Under the pieces are notes generated by a model. It ran no database searches. It was not told where the DNA came from and saw only the letters and a list, made by a program, of their open reading frames with translations. Positions 28,257-37,454 of a DNA stretch of 64,000 bases are shown here, one piece after another. The DNA lies in IMG/VR virus record IMGVR_UViG_3300017917_000733, positions 57,145-121,144 of that record; one strand, given 5' to 3'. Every line of letters begins with the position of its first letter. Positions within the stretch are counted from its first letter, which is position 1. Origin of the DNA: a virus. A program made the translations under genes and the position numbers.

Positions 28257-29314
28257 ATATACCCCATTTTGGTCTACAAAGACAATATAATAATATTGGC
28301 GAAGAACTACTAGATGCCTCACATAGAGCATTGAAAGACGGTCAACTAGTGAACGGGCATTATACTCGTTCGTTTGAAGAATGGTTAAAAAATCGCACTA
28401 AAACAAAGTACGCCGTAACAGTACATTCAGGTACACAAGCACTTGAGATTATTGCCCGTTACAAAAAGATTAAACATAATCAAAGTATGCAGGGTAATCC
28501 TAAAGTACGCATACCTAATCTAACATACCCTGCAACATTAAATGCATTCTTGTCTGCTGGATGGGATGTAGAGTTGGGTGATACAGACAAGTATGGCATA
28601 TTGAAAATGGAAGGTGGTACTGCAGGTGTATATGATTGTCTAGTAGGACTATATGGAAAGATGCCATGGGAACAAGCAAGAATTGAACAAAGTCACGGTG
28701 TCATTGTCGATGGAGCACAACACTGGCTTGTTTCAAACGGTCAAATAGGTAGTGGTATGGCTATTAGCTTTGACCCTACAAAAAATCTACCAAGTTCAGG
28801 CAATGGTGGCGCTATTGTCACAAACGATGAACATTTATATCTTTATGCTGCTAGATACAGAGATAACAACAAGCCTGACTTTTATGATGTAGGTACAAAC
28901 ACTAAAATGAGTGAGCAAGATTGTGCTCAAATTTTAGTACGTGCAAAATATATCAATGAATGGCAATCACGAAGAAAAGCTATAAGTGATTATTGGTGTG
29001 ATAGATTTAGAGACTTACCTGTAACTTGTTTATCAGACACTCCTACACCACACACACATCAAAAGTTTGTGATGTATATGTCAGATAGAAATTCTATGCA
29101 TACGCACTTGATTGTTAACGATATCGAAAGTAAGATCCATTACGAATACACATTAGGTGATCTACCGACTACCTATACAATGTCAAAACCCGACTTGTTA
29201 AGTAACAGCGTTATGCTAAGTCGCGGTGTTATTAGTTTGCCTATGTACCCTGAACTTACTGATAACGAAGTGAATTATATAGCAGACAAAGTTGATGAAT
29301 TCTTTGGAAAATAA
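28253..29314 (+). CDS. DegT/DnrJ/EryC1/StrS PLP-dependent sugar aminotransferase
   Basis: SGTQAL, VDGAQ, SFDPTKNL...GNGGAI, SLPMYPEL. Confidence 0.92.
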   Translation: MNIPHFGLQRQYNNIGEELLDASHRALKDGQLVNGHYTRSFEEWLKNRTKTKYAVTVHSGTQALEIIARYKKIKHNQSMQGNPKVRIPNLTYPATLNAFLSAGWDVELGDTDKYGILKMEGGTAGVYDCLVGLYGKMPWEQARIEQSHGVIVDGAQHWLVSNGQIGSGMAISFDPTKNLPSSGNGGAIVTNDEHLYLYAARYRDNNKPDFYDVGTNTKMSEQDCAQILVRAKYINEWQSRRKAISDYWCDRFRDLPVTCLSDTPTPHTHQKFVMYMSDRNSMHTHLIVNDIESKIHYEYTLGDLPTTYTMSKPDLLSNSVMLSRGVISLPMYPELTDNEVNYIADKVDEFFGK

Positions 29315-29343
29315 ACAATATCCCTAGTATAAATAAGGGTACT

Positions 29344-29787
29344 ATGTGGATACTAACTATACTACCCGAATCAGCCATACATATCATTTTTGGCATTGGT
29401 GTCCTAGGCGTAATCGCAGGATTTGTCCTAGGTTTTATTCCCTTTATTAGGACTTACAAACTAGCGATACAAATATGCAGTATCCTATTGCTAGTATTTG
29501 GCGTTTACCTCGAAGGCGGATTAGCTGATTATAAAGAGTGGGAACTCAAAGTCAAAGAAATGGAAGCTAAAGTAGCAGAAGCTGAAGCAAAAGCCGCCAA
29601 CAAAAATGTAGAGATTCAGGAAAAAATCGTTGAAAAAACAAAAGTTGTCCGTGAAAAAGGTCGTGATATTATCAAATATATTGACCGTGAAGTAGTCAAG
29701 GATAATGAAGTTATCAAATACGTCGAAACATGTCCTGCTATTCCCGCAGCACTGATTGAGCAACACAATAAGGCGGCTACAAAATGA
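29344..29787 (+). CDS. Inner-membrane spanin (Rz-like)
   Basis: N-terminal TM helices, coiled coil, C-terminal Cys; overlaps a lipoprotein gene. Confidence 0.6.
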   Translation: MWILTILPESAIHIIFGIGVLGVIAGFVLGFIPFIRTYKLAIQICSILLLVFGVYLEGGLADYKEWELKVKEMEAKVAEAEAKAANKNVEIQEKIVEKTKVVREKGRDIIKYIDREVVKDNEVIKYVETCPAIPAALIEQHNKAATK

Positions 29788-30044
29788 GATACCTACTAAT
29801 CGCTTTATTATTAGCTGGATGCACTACAACTGTTCCAGTACAACCTAAGTTCCCTAATCCTGTTCCTGAACTTATGAAAAAGTGTGAGGACTTGAAAAAG
29901 ATTGAGGGCGACAAGGTAGCAATTACTGAATTACTCAAAGTCGTAGTCTATAACTATTCACTATATTACGAATGCTCAGCCAAAGTAGAAGGTTGGCAAG
30001 AGTGGTACAACGAACAGAAAAAGATATATGAAAGTGCAAAATAA
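29784..30044 (+). CDS. Outer-membrane spanin lipoprotein (Rz1-like)
   Basis: Lipobox LLAGC followed by Pro-rich TTVPVQPKFPNP. Confidence 0.65.
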   Translation: MRYLLIALLLAGCTTTVPVQPKFPNPVPELMKKCEDLKKIEGDKVAITELLKVVVYNYSLYYECSAKVEGWQEWYNEQKKIYESAK

Positions 30045-30300
30045 TAGCATATTATTGGCATGTTTGTTATTAGTCGGTTGCGCGTCTACTAATGACTATC
30101 AGACCTACGTGGAAACACAAAAGACACTTAACCGTGACTATACTATGGCCGAACTAGCACGAATATCAGCACTTACTGAAATTGTAAAAGAATCTCAGGA
30201 CGTGAACGTTAGGATTGAAGCAATCAAAGCACTGCAAGAGATTCAAAGAACTAAAAAGCCGTTAAGAATAGACAGACCAAAGTCTTGGCTAGAAAGATAA
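30028..30300 (+). CDS. Putative lipoprotein
   Basis: Lipobox LVGC. Confidence 0.6.
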   Translation: MKVQNNSILLACLLLVGCASTNDYQTYVETQKTLNRDYTMAELARISALTEIVKESQDVNVRIEAIKALQEIQRTKKPLRIDRPKSWLER

Positions 30301-30324
30301 ATACTTAATAGTCAGGAAATTATT

Positions 30325-30849
30325 ATGGCACAAGAAATTATTAATATTGGTACGTTGCCCAACGATGGTTCAGGTGATCCGTTACGTGTAGCGTTCCAAA
30401 AGATAAACAACAATTTTACCCAGTTATACGGCACTGGGTACCAGACTATAGAAAGTGTCACTACTGGAACTGACCTACAAGAGATTTTCAGCTATCCTGC
30501 TGATTCGTTTACTGAAGGTATTTTCCAGATTAATTCCTTTAACCCATTGACACAGGATAGCACAACTATGACTATCACTAGTGTAATCAGAAACGACCTA
30601 TCAAATGTACAATTTACTGGTACTAGCACAATGGTCTACGGAGACTATGTGACTAATTATGATATGGCTGTAGTCAGCGGAAACGTAGTATTATACGCAC
30701 AACCGCTAGTCGATGCACAAATCAATCATTTTATAGCATATCAAATACTGTTCAACAATGTTGTTCTAGGAACACCTTTATCTACACAAAGCGGTTCTGA
30801 TTTAACAACAGAGAATAGTATCAATATTACTACAGAACAACCAGTATGA
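30325..30849 (+). CDS. Virion structural protein with T4 gp9/gp10-like N-terminus
   Basis: INIGTLPNDGSGDPLRVAFQKINNNFTQLY. Confidence 0.7.
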   Translation: MAQEIINIGTLPNDGSGDPLRVAFQKINNNFTQLYGTGYQTIESVTTGTDLQEIFSYPADSFTEGIFQINSFNPLTQDSTTMTITSVIRNDLSNVQFTGTSTMVYGDYVTNYDMAVVSGNVVLYAQPLVDAQINHFIAYQILFNNVVLGTPLSTQSGSDLTTENSINITTEQPV

Positions 30850-31238
30850 GAGCTAGAGAATTTATAACAGAAACCACTGGTTCTATTTTGCCCGATGTGC
30901 AAAAAACTCTACCTGCCGCTTGGGTAATTGACGACTTGCAAAACAACGATTTCTATAAGCAATATCGTTTTGGTGTTGCATTAGCAGGCGCAAAAGGCGC
31001 TGAACAACGTAAAAAAGATGGTGTCCCACCTTATGCTAGTGAAACAACATGGGGCGAAAATGAAATTGTAGTTTCATATGCAGGTGAAAATCCTTTAAAG
31101 AAATACTTAGATGATGCACTAAGACAATTAGGATTAAGTCCTAAATCAGCTAAACTAGTGACTACATCAAAAAGCGAAGAACCAGCAGCTACTGGTAAAA
31201 CAAGTCCTTTACAAGGGTTCAAGGGTTACAAGAAATGA
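30846..31238 (+). CDS. MRAxEFITE-family protein 1 (putative internal head protein)
   Basis: N-terminus MRAREFITE; C-terminus TSPLQGFKGYKK. Confidence 0.7.
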   Translation: MRAREFITETTGSILPDVQKTLPAAWVIDDLQNNDFYKQYRFGVALAGAKGAEQRKKDGVPPYASETTWGENEIVVSYAGENPLKKYLDDALRQLGLSPKSAKLVTTSKSEEPAATGKTSPLQGFKGYKK

Positions 31239-31615
31239 GAGCAAAAGAATTTATCACTGAGGGTTCTCGCAAAGGCTCTAGATCGGATGCAGCACACGAA
31301 TTTGATAGAGCACACCCGGGATTAGTATCACCGGGAGGTAACGGTGATGTATATTGGGGTCGCTATTATGATTTTTACCGTGTAGCACAATTAACAGGTG
31401 TGGATCCTGATGAATTAGACAAAATGGATTTGATTTCATTTTTTGGTAACCTGCCAGTGTTTTCAGGTTACACTGAACACGACCGTGATAAATTATTCCG
31501 AGTAATGAAAAAATTAGGTATGAAGCCAAAAGATAGTATTTCTAAAGGAAGTACAGAAACAGATGGTACTAATATCACAAGCCCAGTGAACGGATTTAAG
31601 GGATATAAAAAGTAA
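31235..31615 (+). CDS. MRAxEFITE-family protein 2
   Basis: MRAKEFITE...TSPVNGFKGYKK. Confidence 0.7.
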   Translation: MRAKEFITEGSRKGSRSDAAHEFDRAHPGLVSPGGNGDVYWGRYYDFYRVAQLTGVDPDELDKMDLISFFGNLPVFSGYTEHDRDKLFRVMKKLGMKPKDSISKGSTETDGTNITSPVNGFKGYKK

Positions 31616-32493
31616 TGTGCATTATAGTTGCAAAATACTTTGATGGAATAGGTTGGGCAGGAGCAAAAAATCGTGACCGCAAATATATACCTACATTAGA
31701 TTTTATCGAATCAGATGAGCAGGGTATAGGTAGAATGATGATGCACGATTTAGTTACAGGATATAAAGAGGGCATCAACAGTCATGGTGTTAGCATATTA
31801 AACACTAGTTTGGATGTACTTGAAGATGAGCCTGATGTTGAATCAGGAAACGCAAAATCAAGTCCAGACGGAAACATTATCGCAACAGCACTATTGTACG
31901 ATAATCCTATCAACGCAGTTCATCACATCATTAAAAAGAAATTAGTTGGATGCACTATTGTATTTGACAAAGAAAATATGTTTTTAGTAGAAGCAAGCGA
32001 CCAAGATGGTACACAGCCCTACAAATACGAAGTTAGAAAGATTCCAAAAACTGAAACTGTAGTCAGAACTAATCATGGTATTTGGTTACCTTGGGCTAGT
32101 TTCCAGCGTAAAGAAGACGATAAACAGCAAACACTAGATAGAATTAGTAGTGAAGCAAGATTATTACAAGCTGAAGAAGTTGTCAAAAAGGCAAAAGAGC
32201 CACAAGATTTAGTGGACGGACTGTGCAGGGTTAACACAAAACATCCTCAGCTAAATATAATGAGAATGAGCACTGGTAAGGACGAGTTTCGCACCACATC
32301 ACAGCAGTTATGTGTGCCAAGTGAGAGAACACTTTATTGTCGTCCAGTGAGCAGCAATTTAAAGTTCGATTTCTGGACTCTCAATAAACCTAAACCAAAT
32401 GTATGGGTTGAGATACTAAGTAATCGTGCATTATGGCAACGAAATGGAGATGATCCTCCGTTTGACAGTTTGCACTTGAAAGATATAAAATGA
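31615..32493 (+). CDS. Ntn-hydrolase (N-terminal Cys nucleophile; NRDE/C45-like)
   Basis: MCIIVAK...KNRDR...EGINSHGV...RTNH. Confidence 0.7.
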   Translation: MCIIVAKYFDGIGWAGAKNRDRKYIPTLDFIESDEQGIGRMMMHDLVTGYKEGINSHGVSILNTSLDVLEDEPDVESGNAKSSPDGNIIATALLYDNPINAVHHIIKKKLVGCTIVFDKENMFLVEASDQDGTQPYKYEVRKIPKTETVVRTNHGIWLPWASFQRKEDDKQQTLDRISSEARLLQAEEVVKKAKEPQDLVDGLCRVNTKHPQLNIMRMSTGKDEFRTTSQQLCVPSERTLYCRPVSSNLKFDFWTLNKPKPNVWVEILSNRALWQRNGDDPPFDSLHLKDIK

Positions 32494-32888
32494 GAGCAAA
32501 AGAATTTATTGTTGAAACAAAATATGGCGCTGCAACTGATGTGCATGCCAGTGCTAAGAAAATGCCAGGATCACATGTTTCAGCAATAAAGGGCGCTATT
32601 AGTATGCCCGATATTTCTCAAACCAAACAAGGTGGTAGTCCATATGCACAATGGAGATTCGGCATAGCTATGGCAGGCGCGCCAGACTACGTTACAGAAC
32701 CAGCAGGTGCATTCGCAGGTGATCCATTACTTGCAACATATACAGATGTTGAATTAGAAATCATCAATAAAGCCGCAGAAATGATCGGCGCCGGTGAAGT
32801 TAAAAAACTAACTGACAACCGCAGTACAGAACACCCTAAGGTCAACACAACAAGCCCCATTAATAGCTTCAAGGGCTACAAAAAATAA
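32490..32888 (+). CDS. MRAxEFITE-family protein 3
   Basis: MRAKEFIVE...TSPINSFKGYKK. Confidence 0.7.
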   Translation: MRAKEFIVETKYGAATDVHASAKKMPGSHVSAIKGAISMPDISQTKQGGSPYAQWRFGIAMAGAPDYVTEPAGAFAGDPLLATYTDVELEIINKAAEMIGAGEVKKLTDNRSTEHPKVNTTSPINSFKGYKK

Positions 32889-32935
32889 TATCAGCATGTT
32901 AAAATCAACTAAGTAATACAAACTTAGGATGATAC

Positions 32936-33628
32936 ATGATTGATATTAACAACACACTAGACCTAGTCAAACTTAAATTTTATAACGAATGGTTATATAC
33001 CGCCCACATCTATGATGAGGGCGATAGTCCAATGCACAAGACTTTAACTGCTAAAGTTGTAAAAGACTATGTTGATCCATTAAACTTACCCAAGAATGCT
33101 AAGATTTTAGATTTGGGTTGTGGTCCAGGTTATTTTCTTGATGAAATGAAAGAACGTGGCTATACTGATTTAACTGGAGTTACACTTAGCCCCGGTGATA
33201 TAGAAATCTGCGAGAAAAACGGACACACAATCAAAAAATATGATTTAAGTTTCTTGCCACAAAAAGATGGATACTTTGACGAATCTGTAGACTTTATTTT
33301 CTTACGCCATGCACTAGAGCATAGTCCATATCCTATTTTTAGCTTAATGGAATATAACCGTGTATTGAAACAGTTCGGTAGGATATATATTGAAGTTCCT
33401 GCCCCAGACTGTGACCGAAGACACGAGTACAACTTAAATCACTATAGTATTTTGGGTGAAAAACAGTTAGCAGCCTTGTTGGAAAGAACAGGTTTCAATA
33501 TAGATATGTTTCAAACCATAGAATTTCAAATCAGTGGGAAAAATCCAAATACTAATGAGGATTTTACAGCTACAGAGAGATTCTACTGTATAGTCGCTAC
33601 TAAACAACGGCCATTAGATATTAAGTAA
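32936..33628 (+). CDS. Class I SAM-dependent methyltransferase
   Basis: ILDLGCGPG, HALEHS, IYIEVP. Confidence 0.9.
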   Translation: MIDINNTLDLVKLKFYNEWLYTAHIYDEGDSPMHKTLTAKVVKDYVDPLNLPKNAKILDLGCGPGYFLDEMKERGYTDLTGVTLSPGDIEICEKNGHTIKKYDLSFLPQKDGYFDESVDFIFLRHALEHSPYPIFSLMEYNRVLKQFGRIYIEVPAPDCDRRHEYNLNHYSILGEKQLAALLERTGFNIDMFQTIEFQISGKNPNTNEDFTATERFYCIVATKQRPLDIK

Positions 33629-33674
33629 AACGATAAATACTCTCTATACGAGAGTATTTTTTTAGGATACTTAT

Positions 33675-34025
33675 ATGAATATCAGTCAAATATTGAGAAA
33701 TTTAGCCGACAAGTTAGACACAATGGCTACTAGTGCCGAAAAACCTACAGTAGCAGACCAAGCCCTACAAGTAGCAAGAGCACCAGAAACACAAGAGTTA
33801 GACGGTGAAGAATTACCGTTAAGCACAATGGTTCCTCCATTACAACAAAAGATGGAACTATTGAAAAGATCCGTAGGAATAGACAACGTATTTGACGGTT
33901 CTCCTATTGACAAAACTGAAAACGGTGATGATGACGAATTAGAAGTTATCAAAAAGAATGCGGGTATTTTACCTAACCCAGCCGCAATTATGGCATTGTC
34001 TGATGATGAGCCACTAGATGATTAA
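33675..34025 (+). CDS. Hypothetical acidic late protein
   Basis: RBS AGGA; late promoter ~33634. Confidence 0.75.
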   Translation: MNISQILRNLADKLDTMATSAEKPTVADQALQVARAPETQELDGEELPLSTMVPPLQQKMELLKRSVGIDNVFDGSPIDKTENGDDDELEVIKKNAGILPNPAAIMALSDDEPLDD

Positions 34026-34040
34026 TCTGGGGGCTAGATA

Positions 34041-35618
34041 ATGTCTTTCATTCAAAACTTTTTCACAAGCCGCGACAACAACGCAAACACAGAAACATAT
34101 GTAGGTCAAACAGACCGTCTATGGTATAATCCTGATAATAATACAATCAGAGTAAGTGATGGTAGTACACCTGGAGGCTTGCCTGTAGATTTAAACATTG
34201 ATTCAAACCTTACAGTTAATACTTTTACAGCCAACTCAGGGAACATTATAGGTAACTTAGTAGTCGGTGGTAATATCTCTCCTGCAACTGATACTAAAAT
34301 AGGTGGAGTTAAAGCAGGACCCGGAGCCAACATTTCCAATGACGGTACACTTACTATTGACACTGCGGGGCTACCATTAAGTTTCGGAGATTTCACTGCT
34401 AATAATAATATTTTAACATTGGTCAACGTAGACCAAAATATGATATTAGCTACTAATGGTGATGCAGAAGTTCAATTAGTAGGAAACATTGGTTTCTACC
34501 GTACAGATGGCTTTCCACCTAATGTCGCTAATAGATATTTTCAAGCACTTAGCGACGGTCAAATTAAAATGTACGTACCTCAAGTTGACGCAACAGCAGG
34601 AGCTATTGAAATTATAGGTACTACAAGTGGTTTAGCAGGCCCGGTTGTTAATTCGGGCGTCATGGTACACATTACAGGACAGAATGGATTACCTAGTAGA
34701 TTCTACAATGACGGTGTAGGAAGTTTTGCAGCGTTTGTGGGTCGTAGAGTTAATGGAACAGTCGCATCACCTACAGCCGTATTAGCAGGTGATGAACTTA
34801 TAAGATTCTCAAGTACAGGCTACAATGGTACTGAAATATCAGGTAACGGTAGTGCTAGAATAGTGTTCCAAGCAATGGAAAACTTTACTCCATCCAACAC
34901 TGGTAGTAATTTAAGTTTTTGGACTGCGGCAATTGGTAGCAATACATTAACTAAGATAGTAACTATAGACAGTGCCAATGGACTAGTAGCTACTAATGTT
35001 GTTTCAATTGGTAACGCAAACGTAGGTAATTTGGGTACAGGTGGTTTAATCACTGCTACCGGAAATATTACAGGTGGTAATTTAGTGACAGGTGGCAGTG
35101 CTAATATCACTGGTAATGTTAATGCAGGCAACTTAGTATTATCAACTGGTAATATTATCTATACACCAAGACATGGAGCATTCTATAGTAATGTAGACCA
35201 AACTAATCCAGTTGCAAACACTGCCATGGCAATGACATTTAATAACACTGTTACTGCTAATGGTGTATCTGTTGTTTCTAATTCTCAACTTACTATTGCT
35301 AAAACTGGTGTGTATAACATTCAATTTAGCGCACAAGTAAACAAAACAGGTGGCGGCACGGGAATCGTTGATATTTGGTTGAATAAAAACGGTACTCCTG
35401 TTGATTGGACTAATACTTCAATACCAGTAACTGCGGGTGCCCCTCAAGTAGCGGCATGGAATTTTGTTGAAAATGTTACTGTAGCAAATACATATTTTCA
35501 AATCATGTGGTCTAGTCCAGATACAGGTGTATTATTGGATGCTGTGGTCGCAAATACGAACCCAACAAGACCCGGTATTCCTTCAGTTATAGTATCAGTA
35601 ACACCCGTCGGTGCATAA
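34041..35618 (+). CDS. Tail fibre/virion structural protein
   Basis: LWYNPDNNTIRVSDGSTPGG N-terminal module; GNITGGNL repeats; C1q-like C-terminus (GVYNIQFSAQ). Confidence 0.7.
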   Translation: MSFIQNFFTSRDNNANTETYVGQTDRLWYNPDNNTIRVSDGSTPGGLPVDLNIDSNLTVNTFTANSGNIIGNLVVGGNISPATDTKIGGVKAGPGANISNDGTLTIDTAGLPLSFGDFTANNNILTLVNVDQNMILATNGDAEVQLVGNIGFYRTDGFPPNVANRYFQALSDGQIKMYVPQVDATAGAIEIIGTTSGLAGPVVNSGVMVHITGQNGLPSRFYNDGVGSFAAFVGRRVNGTVASPTAVLAGDELIRFSSTGYNGTEISGNGSARIVFQAMENFTPSNTGSNLSFWTAAIGSNTLTKIVTIDSANGLVATNVVSIGNANVGNLGTGGLITATGNITGGNLVTGGSANITGNVNAGNLVLSTGNIIYTPRHGAFYSNVDQTNPVANTAMAMTFNNTVTANGVSVVSNSQLTIAKTGVYNIQFSAQVNKTGGGTGIVDIWLNKNGTPVDWTNTSIPVTAGAPQVAAWNFVENVTVANTYFQIMWSSPDTGVLLDAVVANTNPTRPGIPSVIVSVTPVGA

Positions 35619-35884
35619 TGTTTGATCCATTTAAACAAGCAAGACTAATGAACGGATACGATAAACTCAAGTCCGTTCAATTACCTGAAGACAGCATAGA
35701 TTCATTAGATGACTTAAAAAAACTTGCAGGTATAAACGAAAACACCAGCATGGGAGAAGAAATGAGCCACCAAGGAACTAATTTAGGTAAAATCATGCGC
35801 GAACGAAATATTCAGCCCGGCACTGACGAATGGTTTAAACTATGGTTCGCTAAACCAAAATTGACAGGTGAGAAGCCTTACTAA
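35618..35884 (+). CDS. Hypothetical protein preceding terminase
   Basis: TAATG coupling; LKKLAGINE, PGTDEWFKLWF. Confidence 0.7.
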   Translation: MFDPFKQARLMNGYDKLKSVQLPEDSIDSLDDLKKLAGINENTSMGEEMSHQGTNLGKIMRERNIQPGTDEWFKLWFAKPKLTGEKPY

Positions 35885-35896
35885 CTAAATAATGGT

Positions 35897-37444
35897 ATGA
35901 GTGGAACGCCTACCTTAATTAAAGACCCTTATAAAAAGACGGTTTTTAAAAATGACCAAGAATTACAAGACTTTATAAAGTGTTGCGACCCTAACACTGG
36001 TTATCTATACTTCATGGATAACTTCTTTATGATTCAGCACCCGACACGTGGTAGCATGAATTATCACCCCTGGCCTTATCAGGAACGATTGATTGAAACA
36101 TACCATAAATATCGTTTCTCAATTTCATTGATGCCTCGACAGTCAGGTAAGTCTACTAGTGCTGCTGGTTATCTATTATGGTACGCTATGTTCGTGCCTG
36201 ACAGTACAATTCTTATTGCAGCGCACAAATATACAGGTGCTCAGGAAATCATGCAACGTATTCGTTATGCATACGAAGCATGTCCCGATCACATTAAAGC
36301 AGGTGTGACAACATACAACAAAGGCTCACTAGACTTTGAGAACGGCAGTCGCATTGTTAGTGCTACAACGACTGAAAACACAGGTCGTGGTATGTCTATC
36401 TCATTATTGTACCTAGACGAATTTGCGTTCGTTAGACCTAGTATAGCGCAAGAATTCTGGACTGCTATTACTCCTACACTATCTACTGGTGGTAAAGCGA
36501 TTATCACAAGTACCCCAAACAGTGACGAAGACCAGTTCGCATTGATTTGGAAGGGTGCGAACAAGACAGAAGATGAATTCGGTAATACAACTGAATTAGG
36601 TATTAATGGATTCAGAGCATATCGTGCTTATTGGAATGAACAGCCGGGCAGGGACGAAGCCTGGGCTGAACAGATGAAGGCACAACTAGGCGAGGATCGC
36701 TTCAACCGAGAGATTGGTTGTGAATTCATTATTGCTGACGAAACATTAATTAATCCTAACACATTGATAATGCTTGAAGGACAAGAACCTACATTTCGTC
36801 AAGGACAGATTCGTTGGTATAAGAAACCTGAAAAGGGAAACATATATACAGTAGCACTTGATCCTAGTATTGGTACTGGTGGTGATCCTGCAGCTATTCA
36901 AGTGTTTGAAGCAAATTCAGCTACACAGGTTGGTGAGTGGAAACACAACAAGACAACTATTCCTGAACAAATTAAGTTGATAGCACAGATTTGCAAGTAC
37001 ATTGAAGAATGCACTAACGAACCTAATAACATTTACTATTCTATTGAAAATAACTCAATAGGTGAGGCAGCGTTAGTTTCATTGAACGAATACGGTGAAA
37101 GTAGTATTCCAGGAACATTTATAAGTGAACCCGGTAGAAAACGCAAGGGTTTCAACACCAGTGCTAAGTCAAAATTAGCAGCTTGTGCAAAGTTTAAGAC
37201 TCTGTTAGAAAGCAAGAAAATGACAATACACAGTCGTAGTCTTATAACAGAACTTAAAGCATTTGTTGCATCAGGTGGAAGCTACCAAGCTAAGATTGGA
37301 GACACCGACGATTTGGTTATGGCTACACTATTAACTGTAAGAATTATCCAGCAATTATCAGAATATAATGTAGATTTAGACAATTATGTCCGAGACCATG
37401 ACGAATTTGTAGCTCCTTTGCCCTTCTTTGCCTTGCTAAGTTGA
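35897..37444 (+). CDS. terL: Terminase large subunit (T4 gp17-like)
   Basis: PRQSGKS Walker A; YLDEFAF Walker B; ITSTPN; RNase H-like ALDPS and DDLVMA. Confidence 0.95.
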   Translation: MSGTPTLIKDPYKKTVFKNDQELQDFIKCCDPNTGYLYFMDNFFMIQHPTRGSMNYHPWPYQERLIETYHKYRFSISLMPRQSGKSTSAAGYLLWYAMFVPDSTILIAAHKYTGAQEIMQRIRYAYEACPDHIKAGVTTYNKGSLDFENGSRIVSATTTENTGRGMSISLLYLDEFAFVRPSIAQEFWTAITPTLSTGGKAIITSTPNSDEDQFALIWKGANKTEDEFGNTTELGINGFRAYRAYWNEQPGRDEAWAEQMKAQLGEDRFNREIGCEFIIADETLINPNTLIMLEGQEPTFRQGQIRWYKKPEKGNIYTVALDPSIGTGGDPAAIQVFEANSATQVGEWKHNKTTIPEQIKLIAQICKYIEECTNEPNNIYYSIENNSIGEAALVSLNEYGESSIPGTFISEPGRKRKGFNTSAKSKLAACAKFKTLLESKKMTIHSRSLITELKAFVASGGSYQAKIGDTDDLVMATLLTVRIIQQLSEYNVDLDNYVRDHDEFVAPLPFFALLS

Positions 37445-37454
37445 TAAATACAAT

